Assembly (NCBI GenBank): GCA_005878095.1
Contig: VBNH01000072.1
Span: 20,553 to 84,552 of the forward strand
Direction: 5' to 3'
Length of the DNA: 64,000 nucleotides
From: Gammaproteobacteria bacterium
GTDB taxonomy: Bacteria; Pseudomonadota; Gammaproteobacteria; Steroidobacterales; Steroidobacteraceae
The notes beneath the pieces were generated by a model. That model was given only the letters and a program-made list of their open reading frames with translations, ran no database searches and was not told the origin of the DNA. This document shows positions 10,895 through 20,072 of the stretch, piece after piece. Position 1 is the first letter of the stretch. Each line of letters begins with the position of its first letter. Position numbers and translations under genes: made by a program.

Positions 10895-11587
10895 GTGGCG
10901 TTCCTCACGCTCTCGCTCCTCGAGATCGTTCTCGGCATCGACAACATCATCTTCCTCTCCATCCTGGTAGCGCGGCTGCCGGCGCGGCTGCAGCAGCGGG
11001 CGCGCCTCGGCGGGCTCGCGCTGGCGATGGTGACGCGCATCGGCCTGTTGTTCTCGATCGTGTGGCTCACGCGTCTGGTGCAACCCTGGCTGCACGTCGC
11101 GGGTGCGAGCTTCTCGGGGCGGGACGTGGTGTTGCTGCTCGGCGGGCTGTTCCTGCTCGCCAAGAGCGTGCTCGAGATCCACCAGACGCTCGAGGGGGCG
11201 GCCGCGGATGCCGGCCGCGCGCGGCTGCGCGGCCAGCTGCTGGCAGTGATCGCGCAGATCGGGCTCATCGATATCGTGTTCTCGCTCGACTCGGTGTTCA
11301 CGGCGGTGGGGCTGGTGAAGGAGCTGCCCATCATGGTGGCCGCCATCGTGGCGGCGATCCTGGTGATGATGTGGGTGTCGGGTTCGATCAGCGCTTTTCT
11401 CGCGCGCTACCCGACCATCAAGATGCTGGCGCTGGCGTTCCTGCTGCTGATCGGCGTCGCCCTCATCGCCGAGGGCCTGCACTTCGAGATCCCGAAGGGC
11501 TACCTGTATTTCGCCATGGCGTTCGCGGTGGCGGTGGAGATGATCAACGTGCGCCTGCGGCGCCGGCTGGATGATGGCAAGCGCTGA
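10895..11587 (+). CDS. TerC family membrane protein (YoaE N-terminal-like, no CBS/CorC tail)
   Basis: LTLSLLEIVLGIDNIIFLSILVARLP and a second DxxFSLDSV repeat (DIVFSLDSVFTAVG). The homologous N-terminus seems to extend upstream (LLADPHVW), but no canonical start codon exists there. Confidence 0.8.
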   Translation: MAFLTLSLLEIVLGIDNIIFLSILVARLPARLQQRARLGGLALAMVTRIGLLFSIVWLTRLVQPWLHVAGASFSGRDVVLLLGGLFLLAKSVLEIHQTLEGAAADAGRARLRGQLLAVIAQIGLIDIVFSLDSVFTAVGLVKELPIMVAAIVAAILVMMWVSGSISAFLARYPTIKMLALAFLLLIGVALIAEGLHFEIPKGYLYFAMAFAVAVEMINVRLRRRLDDGKR

Positions 11588-11653
11588 GCCGCCCTGCGAG
11601 CTCGCGGGCTTCGGGGTCTGCGAGACAGCAACGTGCCGCGCGACCCGCGCGCG

Positions 11654-13135
11654 TCAGGCGGGGCGCGGGCTCGCGGCGGCGCCGCCGGCGGGCGTGCGCA
11701 GGCAGCTGTGCTGGTAGCCGTACAGTACGTAGACGAGCGCACCGATCACGGTCCACACCACCAGTCGCACCCAGGTCGCGGGCCCGAGCGATACCATCAT
11801 CAAGCCGCACACCAGGGCCCCGGCAATGCAGGTGAACCAGGGCCACGGTGCTCGGAACGGGCGCGGCAGGTCGGGGCGCGTCTGGCGCAGCACCAGCACG
11901 CCGATGCAGACCGTCACGAACGCCGCCAGCGTGCCGATCGACACCAGGTGGCCGAGCAGGCCGACCGGAAACAGCCCGCCGATCACGGCGGCCGACACCC
12001 CCGTCACCACCGTGCCGGTCGAGGGGGTGCGGAAGCGCGGATGCACGCGGCCGAAGAAGGTCGGCAGCAGGCCGTCGCGCGCCATGGCGAAGAAAATGCG
12101 CGCCTGCGCGATGGTCATGACCAGCATCACCGAGGTCATACCGAAGATGGCGCCGAGTTTCACCCATCCCCCCAGCCAGTGCAGCCCCGGGTACTTGTCC
12201 AAAGCGAGGGCCACCGGTGCGGAGACATTCAACTCCTTGTAGCTCACCATGCCGGTGAGCACCGCGGAGACGATCACGTACAGGATAGTGCAGATGATCA
12301 GACTCGCCAGGATGCCGATGGGCAGGTCGCGCTGCGGGTTCTTGGACTCCTGGGCCGCAGTGGAGATGGCATCGAAGCCGATGTAGGCGAAGAAGATGAC
12401 GCCCGCGGCGCCCAGGATGCCGCTGGGACCGTACACGAACCACGTCCCGGTATTAGGCGGCACGAACGGGTGCCAGTTGTCGGTGTTGATGTAGCTCACG
12501 CCGAAGAGGATGAACAGCACGATCACCGTAACCTTGATGGTGACGATCACCGAGTTGAAGACGGCCGATTGCTTGATGCCGATGTAACAGATGGTGGCAA
12601 TGGCCGCGACGATCAGGATGGCGGGCAGGTTAATGATGGCCCCGGTGAAGCGCAGGTGCAGTGCGTCCGCACCCTGGTCGAGCGGTGCGTGCGAGAGCGC
12701 GTCAGGGATGTGCAAGTGCCATTGATCGAGCAGGCTCACCACGTAACCCGACCAGCCGACCGACACGGTCGCGACCGCAAACAGATATTCCAGGATCAGA
12801 TTCCAGCCGATGAACCAGGCGATACCCTCGCCGAGGGTGGCGTAGGAATAGGAGTAGGCGCTGCCCGACACCGGGATCATGGCGGCGAACTCCGCGTAGC
12901 AGAGGCCTGCGAACGTGCAGCCCAGACCTGCGACGATGAACGACAGCGGTAGCGCCGGACCGGCGTTGTTGGCGGCCGCGACCCCGGTGAGCACGAAAAT
13001 GCCGGTGCCGATGATGCCGCCGATGCCGAGCAGCGTCAGCTGCGTGGCGGTGAGCGCGCGGCGCAGCTGGTTGCCGGTGGATTCCTGCTCGTGCAGCTCG
13101 GCGATGGACTTGGTCGCAAGAAGTTGTCGCGCCAT
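11654..13135 (-). CDS. APC-superfamily amino acid permease (cationic amino acid transporter-like)
   Basis: LTLLGIGGIIGTGIFVLTG, AEFAAMIPVSGSAYSYSY, and about 12 or more hydrophobic spans. Start set at ATG 13135 (MARQLLATKS...). Confidence 0.85.
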   Translation of the reverse strand: MARQLLATKSIAELHEQESTGNQLRRALTATQLTLLGIGGIIGTGIFVLTGVAAANNAGPALPLSFIVAGLGCTFAGLCYAEFAAMIPVSGSAYSYSYATLGEGIAWFIGWNLILEYLFAVATVSVGWSGYVVSLLDQWHLHIPDALSHAPLDQGADALHLRFTGAIINLPAILIVAAIATICYIGIKQSAVFNSVIVTIKVTVIVLFILFGVSYINTDNWHPFVPPNTGTWFVYGPSGILGAAGVIFFAYIGFDAISTAAQESKNPQRDLPIGILASLIICTILYVIVSAVLTGMVSYKELNVSAPVALALDKYPGLHWLGGWVKLGAIFGMTSVMLVMTIAQARIFFAMARDGLLPTFFGRVHPRFRTPSTGTVVTGVSAAVIGGLFPVGLLGHLVSIGTLAAFVTVCIGVLVLRQTRPDLPRPFRAPWPWFTCIAGALVCGLMMVSLGPATWVRLVVWTVIGALVYVLYGYQHSCLRTPAGGAAASPRPA

Positions 13136-13237
13136 GTAACCCCCGATTTTTCGCGAGGACTCTACACAAGGGATCCGGGGAAAGCGAGCGAGCACCCGCG
13201 AAGTCAAGCGCGACCCGCTGCGAGCGCGTGGTCACTT

Positions 13238-14038
13238 TCAGGCCGTGCGCAGCTCCTCGGGCACGTGCGGCGCGAGCAGCTCCACGAGCGCTGCGTATAC
13301 CTTGGGACTGCCGGCGACGATGTGCCCCTCCTGGCGGTATTCGGCGCCGCCGAGCGTGCCGATGCGCCCGCCGGCCTCCTGGATGAGGAGTGTCCCGGCG
13401 GCCGTGTCCCAGGGGGAGAGACCGATCTCCCAGAACGCATCGACGCGCCCGGCCGCGACATAGGCCAGATCGAGCGCCGCCGCTCCGGGGCGGCGCACGC
13501 CGGCGACCTGCAGCGTGACCGCTTTCAACATGGCGAGGTACGCATCCAGGTAGCGCGTGTTGGCGCGATAGGGGAAGCCGGTCGCGATGAGCGCGCCCTC
13601 GAGCGTCCGCGCCTTGCTCACGCGCATGCGGTGATTGTCCAGGTGAGCGCCCGCGCCGCGGCTGGCGGTGAACAGCTCGCCACGCATCGGGTCGTAGACC
13701 ACCGCGTGCTCGAGGCGACCCCTCACCTGGCAGGCGATCGACACGGCAAACACCGGGAAGCCGTGCAGGAAGTTGGTGGTGCCATCCAGAGGATCGATGA
13801 TCCACAGCGTCTCGTGCTCGCCGCTGCGGCCGCTTTCTTCGGCAAGAAACGCGTGCTGCGGGTAGAGTCGGCGGATGCTGCCGATGATCTCCTGCTCGGC
13901 GGCGTGGTCGACCTCGGTGACGAAGTCGTTGCGCCCCTTGGAGGAGACGGTCAGCGACTCCAGGCGGTTCAGGCTCCGTACGATGAGCTCGCCGGCGCGG
14001 CGTGCGGCCCGCACGGCGATATTGAGAAGCGGCTGCAC
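13238..14038 (-). CDS. suhB: inositol-1-monophosphatase SuhB
   Basis: MQPLLNIAVRAARRAG, FLAEESG, WIIDPLDGTTNF, and WDTAAG motifs. GTG start. Confidence 0.9.
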   Translation of the reverse strand: MQPLLNIAVRAARRAGELIVRSLNRLESLTVSSKGRNDFVTEVDHAAEQEIIGSIRRLYPQHAFLAEESGRSGEHETLWIIDPLDGTTNFLHGFPVFAVSIACQVRGRLEHAVVYDPMRGELFTASRGAGAHLDNHRMRVSKARTLEGALIATGFPYRANTRYLDAYLAMLKAVTLQVAGVRRPGAAALDLAYVAAGRVDAFWEIGLSPWDTAAGTLLIQEAGGRIGTLGGAEYRQEGHIVAGSPKVYAALVELLAPHVPEELRTA

Positions 14039-14084
14039 GGTCCTTAAGCTCGTGTGTCAATCGGCGGCCAGGCTAGCGTAACAG

Positions 14085-14828
14085 ATGGACTCTCCCGACA
14101 TTCGCATCGTGCTGGTCGCGCCCTCGCACCCGGGCAACATCGGCGCCGTGGCGCGCGCCATGAAGAACATGGCCCTGCACGAGCTGCTGCTGGTGCAGCC
14201 GAAGGAGTTTCCGCATCCGGAAGCGAGCGCGCGCGCCTCCGGCGCGCACGACGTGCTCGGTGCGGCGCGCGTCGTGGCATCGCTCGGCGAGGCGCTCGAG
14301 GGCTGCGGCTTCGTGGCGGCGACCACCTCGCGCGATCGCGATCAGTATTTCCGGGTGATCGATGTGCGCGCTGCGGCCGTGCGCACCCTGGCCGAGTCGC
14401 GCCGCGCGCCCGCGGCGCTCGTGTTCGGGCCCGAGCGCACCGGGCTCACCAACGAGGAACTGGAAACGGCGCATGCGCTGATCCGCATACCGGCCAACCC
14501 CGCCTACCCGTCACTGAATCTCGCCATGGCGGTGCAGCTGGTGGCGTACGAGCTGTTCCGGGCCGGCGCCGGCGATGCGGCGGCGAGCGCACCGGCCGGG
14601 CCGCCGCTCGCGGGCGCGCAGGAATTGGCGCGCCTGTACGCGCACTTCGCGCAGGTGCTGGAGGAGATCGAGTTTCGCGACCGCACCCAGAGCGGCACAC
14701 ACCTGATGGGACGCATCCGGCGCTTCCTGCAGCGCGCGGAGCTCGATCAGAACGAGGTCAACATCCTGCGCGGCATCCTCACGGCGGTACAGAGCCGGCG
14801 CCGCCACGCCGGGGCGGAGCCACCATGA
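14085..14828 (+). CDS. trmJ: tRNA (cytidine/uridine-2'-O-)-methyltransferase TrmJ (SpoU/TrmH family)
   Basis: IRIVLVAPSHPGNIGAVARAMKNMAL, LVFGPERTGLTNEEL, IPANPAYPSLNLAMAV. Divergent from suhB, as in enterobacteria and pseudomonads. Confidence 0.85.
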   Translation: MDSPDIRIVLVAPSHPGNIGAVARAMKNMALHELLLVQPKEFPHPEASARASGAHDVLGAARVVASLGEALEGCGFVAATTSRDRDQYFRVIDVRAAAVRTLAESRRAPAALVFGPERTGLTNEELETAHALIRIPANPAYPSLNLAMAVQLVAYELFRAGAGDAAASAPAGPPLAGAQELARLYAHFAQVLEEIEFRDRTQSGTHLMGRIRRFLQRAELDQNEVNILRGILTAVQSRRRHAGAEPP

Positions 14829-16333
14829 GCGCCGCAAGGCCGCTGTACCTCGACTACGCGGCCACGACGCCGGTCGATCCGGCCGTGGCCGCGGCCATGA
14901 GCGGCTGTCTCACGGCGGGCGGGGACTTCGGCAATCCCTCCTCGGCGCATGCCCTGGGCGCGGTCGCCGCCGCGCGCATCGCTGCCGCGCGCGCGCAGGT
15001 CGCAGCGCTCCTGGGAGCGGCGGCGGAGGAGATCGTGTTCACGTCCGGGGCCACCGAGTCCGACAACTTAGGCGTCCTCGGGGTCGCGCGCGCCAACGCG
15101 GATCGCGGCCGCCACGTGCTGACCGCACGCACCGAGCACAAAGCCGTGCTCGACCCCTGCAAGCGCCTCGAGAAGGAAGGCTTCAGCGTCACCTATCTCA
15201 CGCCCGGACGCTCCGGGCTGATCGAGCCTGAAGCCTTCGCCGCGGCGCTGCGTCCGGACACCGTGCTGGCCTCGATCATGTACGCGAACAACGAGATCGG
15301 TGTGCTGCAGGACTTGGCCGCGATCGGCGCACTGTGCCGCGAACGCGGCGTCGCCTTGCACAGCGATTGCGCACAGGCCGCGGGCAAGGTGCCCCTCGAT
15401 GTGCACTCGCTCCCGGTCGACTTCGTCTCGATCACGGCCCACAAGATCTACGGTCCCAAGGGGGTCGGCGCGCTCTACGTGCGCAAGGGCGCCCGGGGGT
15501 TGCTGCAGCCGCTGATGTATGGTGGGGGGCAGGAGCACTCGTTGCGCCCCGGGACGCTGGCCACTCACCAGATCGTGGGCTTTGGCCTCGCCTGCGAGTT
15601 GGCCGCACGTGAGCTGCCCGCGGAAGGCGTGCGGCTCACGGCGCTGCGCGAGCGGCTGTGGGCCGGACTCGAGGCTCTCGGCGGCACTCATCTGAACGGC
15701 GCCGGCGCGCCGCGCCTGCCGGGCATTCTCAACGTGTCGTTCGAAGGTGTGGAGGGGGAGAGCCTGGTGACGGGCCTCACGGGACTTGCGGTGTCCACCG
15801 GCGCCGCCTGCAACTCGGTCTCCCCGGATCCTTCCTACGTGCTGCGAGCCCTGGGACGCGACACCCAACTCGCGCAGAGCTCCCTGCGCTTCAGCCTGGG
15901 GCGCTTCAGCGTCGCTGCCGACGTCGACCTCGCCCTGAGCGCCGTGCAGGCCGAGGTGCGGCGGCTGCGCGCGCTGTCCCCGGCCGCAGGCGCCTCGGCC
16001 GGGCAGGGCTTCGGGCCGGCGCGCGGGAGCGCCAGCGGCGGCGCTACCGTGAGCGGCGAAGCCGGCGGACCGGGGCAGGAGAGCTGGGTGCGGTTTCACC
16101 TGCACGTGGCAGACGACATTGTGAAGGACGCACGTTTTCAGGCCTTCGGCTGCCCCCATACTATGGACGTGGCCGCCTGGCTGTGTGGCGAGCTGCGCGG
16201 GCGACGGCGCGCTGCGCTGATCCCAGGCACGCCAGCGACCTGGGCCGCCACCCGCGGGGTTCCGGTCGAGAAACTCGCCCGCCTGCTGGTGGTCGAAGAC
16301 GCTCTGCGGGCATGCCTCTCGCGCTGGCCTTGA
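14825..16333 (+). CDS. iscS: cysteine desulfurase (IscS/NifS class) fused to a C-terminal degenerate IscU-like domain
   Basis: PLP-Lys SITAHKIYGPKGVGALYVR and catalytic Cys loop STGAACNSVSPDPSYVLRALG. After a G/A/S linker, GEAGGPGQESWVRFHLHVADDIVKDARFQAFGCPHT...VPVEKLARLLVVEDAL aligns to IscU (GAPACGDVMKLQIKV..IEDARFKTYGCGS...PPVKIHCSILAEDAI), with only the middle Cys kept. ATG 14825 overlaps the trmJ stop (ATGA). Confidence 0.85.
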   Translation: MSAARPLYLDYAATTPVDPAVAAAMSGCLTAGGDFGNPSSAHALGAVAAARIAAARAQVAALLGAAAEEIVFTSGATESDNLGVLGVARANADRGRHVLTARTEHKAVLDPCKRLEKEGFSVTYLTPGRSGLIEPEAFAAALRPDTVLASIMYANNEIGVLQDLAAIGALCRERGVALHSDCAQAAGKVPLDVHSLPVDFVSITAHKIYGPKGVGALYVRKGARGLLQPLMYGGGQEHSLRPGTLATHQIVGFGLACELAARELPAEGVRLTALRERLWAGLEALGGTHLNGAGAPRLPGILNVSFEGVEGESLVTGLTGLAVSTGAACNSVSPDPSYVLRALGRDTQLAQSSLRFSLGRFSVAADVDLALSAVQAEVRRLRALSPAAGASAGQGFGPARGSASGGATVSGEAGGPGQESWVRFHLHVADDIVKDARFQAFGCPHTMDVAAWLCGELRGRRRAALIPGTPATWAATRGVPVEKLARLLVVEDALRACLSRWP

Positions 16334-16354
16334 GGCGCTAGAATACGAGGACCG

Positions 16355-16678
16355 ATGGCTATCTCACTGACTGAATCCGCCGCCCTTCGGGTCAAGACTT
16401 TCCTCGCGGCCCGCGGGCACGGCATCGGCCTGCGGCTCGGTGTGCGCAAGACCGGCTGCTCCGGCTTTGCCTACGTGCTCAACTACGCCGATGGCCCGCA
16501 GCCGGGTGATGCGGTGTTCGAAGACCGCGGCGTGCGGGTGTTCGTGGACGGCGCGAGCCTGGGCCTGCTCGACGGCACGATCGTGGACTTCGTCAAGCAG
16601 GGCCTGAACGAGGCCTTCCGCTTCAGAAACCCGAACGTCAAGGGGGAATGCGGCTGCGGGGAGAGCTTCTCCGTCTGA
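16355..16678 (+). CDS. iscA: iron-sulfur cluster assembly/carrier protein IscA (A-type carrier)
   Basis: 107 aa, nearly colinear with E. coli IscA: ...[18 protein letters not shown]...[16 protein letters not shown]. Confidence 0.9.
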   Translation: MAISLTESAALRVKTFLAARGHGIGLRLGVRKTGCSGFAYVLNYADGPQPGDAVFEDRGVRVFVDGASLGLLDGTIVDFVKQGLNEAFRFRNPNVKGECGCGESFSV

Positions 16679-16892
16679 GCGCCCGCGGGCGCGGCCGCGC
16701 GCAAGCGCGCCTGCACCGCGCGCCCGCCTCGTCGGCGGCGCAAAAACCCTTACCAAACCGGCACTTCCGTCGCACGCCAAATTGCCGCGGGTGCGTGACC
16801 CAAGGTAAACTTCCGGGCTTGCCCGCGCACCCGCTTCGCATGCCGGTGCGAACACCCGCACCCAGTGAACTTTTCTGAGAGGTCCTTGGCGA

Positions 16893-17321
16893 ATGCCGCT
16901 CGAGCGCACCCTGTCGATCGTCAAGCCCGACGGCGTGAGAGCCAATCTCATCGGCGAGGTCTATCGCCGTTTCGAGAACGCAGGCCTCGCGATCGTCGCC
17001 GCACGCATGCTGCACCTGTCGCAGCGCGAGGCTGAAGCTTTCTACGCCGTGCATCGCGAGCGTCCGTTCTTCAAAGACCTGGTGCGCTACATGACTTCGG
17101 GCCCCGTCATCGTGCAGGTGCTGGAGGGCGAGAGCGCGATCGCCCGCAACCGCGACATCATGGGCGCGACCGATCCGAAGAAGGCGGCCGCGGGCACGAT
17201 CCGCGCCGACCTCGCCACCAGCATCGAGCGGAACGTGGTGCACGGCTCGGATGCGCCCGACACCGCGGCGCGCGAGATCGCCTACTTCTTCAGCACCACC
17301 GAGCTGCATCCGCGCGATTAG
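16893..17321 (+). CDS. ndk: nucleoside diphosphate kinase
   Basis: [12 protein letters not shown], and NVVHGSD with the catalytic His. Confidence 0.95.
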   Translation: MPLERTLSIVKPDGVRANLIGEVYRRFENAGLAIVAARMLHLSQREAEAFYAVHRERPFFKDLVRYMTSGPVIVQVLEGESAIARNRDIMGATDPKKAAAGTIRADLATSIERNVVHGSDAPDTAAREIAYFFSTTELHPRD

Positions 17322-17335
17322 GAGCGCGCACCGCC

Positions 17336-18493
17336 ATGACAGCTGCCGCGACACAGCGCACCAACCTGCTGGGGCTGCCGCGTGCGGCACTCGAGAGCTT
17401 CGTGGCGCAGCTCGGCGGCCAGCCCTTCCGCGCGCGCCAGCTGATGAACTGGATGTACAAGCGCGGCGTCGGCTCGTTCGCCGACATGACGGATCTCGCC
17501 AGGGACTTCCGCACGCTTCTTGCCGCGCAGGCCGAGGTGCGCGCACCGCAGATCCTCTCGCAGCAGCGCTCCGGCGACGGCACCCGCAAATGGCTGCTGC
17601 GCGCCGACGCAGCCCAAGCGTTCGAGATGGTGTTCATTCCCGAGCCCGATCGCGGCACGCTGTGCATCTCCTCGCAGGTCGGCTGTGCGCTCGACTGCTC
17701 GTTCTGCGCCACGGCCCAGCAGGGCTTCAATCGCAACCTGAGCACCGCCGAGATGGTGGGGCAGGTGTGGCTGGCGGTGCGCGAGCTCGAGCGCGAGGAA
17801 CAGCAGCGCGCGCTCGCCGCCACGCCGGGCGCGGTGAGCGCACCGGCGGATGAGCGCCGCGTCAGCAACGTCGTGCTGATGGGGATGGGCGAGCCGCTCG
17901 CCAACTTCCGCAACGTGGTGCCCGCGCTGCGCATCCTGCTCGATGACTTCGGCTTCGATCTGTCGCGGCGCCGCGTGACGCTGTCGACCTCGGGGCTGGT
18001 GCCGCAGATCTACAAGCTCGCGCAGGAGACCAACGTGGCGCTGGCCGTGTCGCTGCACGCGCCCGATGATGCGCTGCGCAACGAGCTGGTGCCGATCAAC
18101 CGCAAGCACCCGATCGCGGAGCTGCTGCGGGCGTGCTGGCATTACCTGGATGAACAGAACGGCCGCAGCGTGACCTTCGAATACGTGATGCTCGAGGGCG
18201 TGAACGATTCTGCCGCGCAGGCGCGCGCGCTGGCGCGTCTGCTGCAGGGCCATCCGGCCAAGGTCAATCTGATTCCCTTCAACCCGTTTCCCGGCACGCA
18301 CTACACTCGCTCGCCCGCGTCCGTCATCGAGCGTTTCCGTGACGAGCTGCTGCAGCGGGGAGTGCTGGCGACCATTCGCCGCACCCGCGGCGAGGACATC
18401 GACGCCGCCTGCGGACAGCTGGCCGGGCGCGTCATCGATCGCACCACCGTGCGTCTCGGGAGCAAGGTCATCGGCGTCGCGGTTCAAACATGA
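17336..18493 (+). CDS. rlmN: 23S rRNA/tRNA m2A methyltransferase RlmN (radical SAM)
   Basis: [22 protein letters not shown] (CxxxCxxC) and the C-terminal [11 protein letters not shown]. Confidence 0.95.
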   Translation: MTAAATQRTNLLGLPRAALESFVAQLGGQPFRARQLMNWMYKRGVGSFADMTDLARDFRTLLAAQAEVRAPQILSQQRSGDGTRKWLLRADAAQAFEMVFIPEPDRGTLCISSQVGCALDCSFCATAQQGFNRNLSTAEMVGQVWLAVRELEREEQQRALAATPGAVSAPADERRVSNVVLMGMGEPLANFRNVVPALRILLDDFGFDLSRRRVTLSTSGLVPQIYKLAQETNVALAVSLHAPDDALRNELVPINRKHPIAELLRACWHYLDEQNGRSVTFEYVMLEGVNDSAAQARALARLLQGHPAKVNLIPFNPFPGTHYTRSPASVIERFRDELLQRGVLATIRRTRGEDIDAACGQLAGRVIDRTTVRLGSKVIGVAVQT

Positions 18494-19275
18494 GCAACCC
18501 AGTCAACACCACGGCTCACCGCCGCCTGCCGCCGCGCCTCGCGGCCGGCGCGCTGGCGCTGCTGTTCGCCGCCTGCGTAACCGCGGAGCATCCGAGCAAG
18601 GCACGCGATGCGGCCGCCTACAACGTGCAGCTCGGGATCGCCTACCTGCACCAGGGGGATGTCGCGCTGGCGAAGGACAAGCTCGACCGGGCGCTCGCCG
18701 AGGACCCGGGCAGCGCCGACGTTCACAGCGCGCGCGCGATGCTGTTCGAGCGTATGCACAACCCCGACAAGGCGGATGCGGAGTTCCGCACCTCGTTGCG
18801 GCTGGCGCCGCACGACCCGCAGGTGGTGAACAACTACGCCGTGTACCTGTGCCAGAACGGTCGCACCGAGGAGGCCGTGCGGCGCTTCGAGGAGGCGGCG
18901 CACAACGCGCTGTATCGCACCCCCGAGGCGGCCTACACCAACGCCGGGGTGTGCCTGCGCGCGGCGAAGCGCGACGAAGAGGCGCGCGCGGACTTCGGCC
19001 GCGCCCTGCGGATCCGGCCGAACTTTGCCGAGGCGGTGTACCAGCTCACGGAGCTGCAATTCCAGCATGGCGAGCTCGCGCCGGCGCGCGCCGGCATCGA
19101 CGCCTTCATCGGCAGCTACGAGGCGACTGCGGACCTGCTGCTGCTCGGGGTGCGCGTCGCGCGCGCCCAGGGCGACAGGGTCGGCGCGCAACGCTACGCG
19201 CGCCGACTGCAGCTGGACTTCCCCGGGACCGACCAGGCGCGCGCCCTGGCGGAACTCGATCGCAACCCCGGCTGA
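18490..19275 (+). CDS. pilW: type IV pilus biogenesis/stability TPR lipoprotein PilW (PilF)
   Basis: Lipobox-like LLFAAC and TPR repeats ([26 protein letters not shown]...). Conserved position after rlmN. Confidence 0.8.
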   Translation: MSNPVNTTAHRRLPPRLAAGALALLFAACVTAEHPSKARDAAAYNVQLGIAYLHQGDVALAKDKLDRALAEDPGSADVHSARAMLFERMHNPDKADAEFRTSLRLAPHDPQVVNNYAVYLCQNGRTEEAVRRFEEAAHNALYRTPEAAYTNAGVCLRAAKRDEEARADFGRALRIRPNFAEAVYQLTELQFQHGELAPARAGIDAFIGSYEATADLLLLGVRVARAQGDRVGAQRYARRLQLDFPGTDQARALAELDRNPG

Positions 19276-19280
19276 CGCTC

Positions 19281-20072
19281 ATGGCAAGTGAAGTTGGCGG
19301 CGAGCAACGCTGCGGCACCGGTGCGCGGCTGCGCGCCGCGCGCGAGAAAGCGGGCCTCAGCCTCGCGCAGGCGGCGGAAAGCCTGGCCCTCGATCCGCCG
19401 ACCCTGGAAGCGCTGGAGGCGGAGGACTTCGCGGCCCTGGGCGCGGATGTGTACGTGCGCGGGCACCTGCGGCGCTACGCCGAGCTCATCGGCGAGTCGC
19501 CCGCGCAGCTGCAGGAGCTGTATGCACGCAGCGCGCCGGCGCTGCAGCCGGACCTCACCCGCATCCCGCACCGTGAACCCGGCCTGGGCGCTGCGCCCCT
19601 GGTGGTGCGCTCGCTCCTGGGGCTGGCGGGGGTGGCGCTGCTCGCGCTGCTGTGGTGGCTGCTCACCACGCCGGGCGAGAAACCGCAGCCGCTCGCGGCC
19701 GCTGCGCTGCCAGCGCCCGGCGCTGCCGCGACGCAGGCGAGCGCGGGGGCCGCCGGCGGGCCGGCGCCGGGCGCGGGCCCGACGACGCAGCTGGCGTTGA
19801 GGTTCTCGGGGCTCACCTGGGTGGAGGTCTCGGACGCGAGCGGGCGGCGCCTGTTGCAGGGCCTGTACGCGGCGGGCAGTGCGCCACGCACGCTGAGCGG
19901 CGCGCCCCCGCTGCGCGTGATCCTCGGTAACGCCGCGGCGGTGGGACTGCGTGTCAACGATCAGCCGGTGACGCTGGCGGGGTTGGTGCGCCACGACGGC
20001 AGCGCACGGCTGCTCATCGAGGGCGACGGGCGCACCATACCGGCGCCGCCGCGGCTGGCGCATGGAGATTGA
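19281..20072 (+). CDS. rodZ: cytoskeleton protein RodZ (HTH + TM + DUF4115-like C-terminus)
   Basis: HTH GARLRAAREKAGLSLAQAAESLAL, a TM span LLGLAGVALLALLWWLL, and the C-terminal L.F.G.TWVEV.DA.G..L pattern. Start at ATG 19281, not the ORF-track 18339. Confidence 0.75.
   Translation: MASEVGGEQRCGTGARLRAAREKAGLSLAQAAESLALDPPTLEALEAEDFAALGADVYVRGHLRRYAELIGESPAQLQELYARSAPALQPDLTRIPHREPGLGAAPLVVRSLLGLAGVALLALLWWLLTTPGEKPQPLAAAALPAPGAAATQASAGAAGGPAPGAGPTTQLALRFSGLTWVEVSDASGRRLLQGLYAAGSAPRTLSGAPPLRVILGNAAAVGLRVNDQPVTLAGLVRHDGSARLLIEGDGRTIPAPPRLAHGD

Noticed and set aside
14054-14824. 257-aa N-terminal extension of the iscS ORF; similar in-frame read-throughs include 5039..6526 before tgt, 18339..19280 before rodZ, 54344..55576 and 55492..55866 in the cluster
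   Set aside because: The extension overlaps trmJ in another frame and shows no desulfurase similarity. The genuine starts carry ATGA/GTGA-type coupling or a Shine-Dalgarno sequence.
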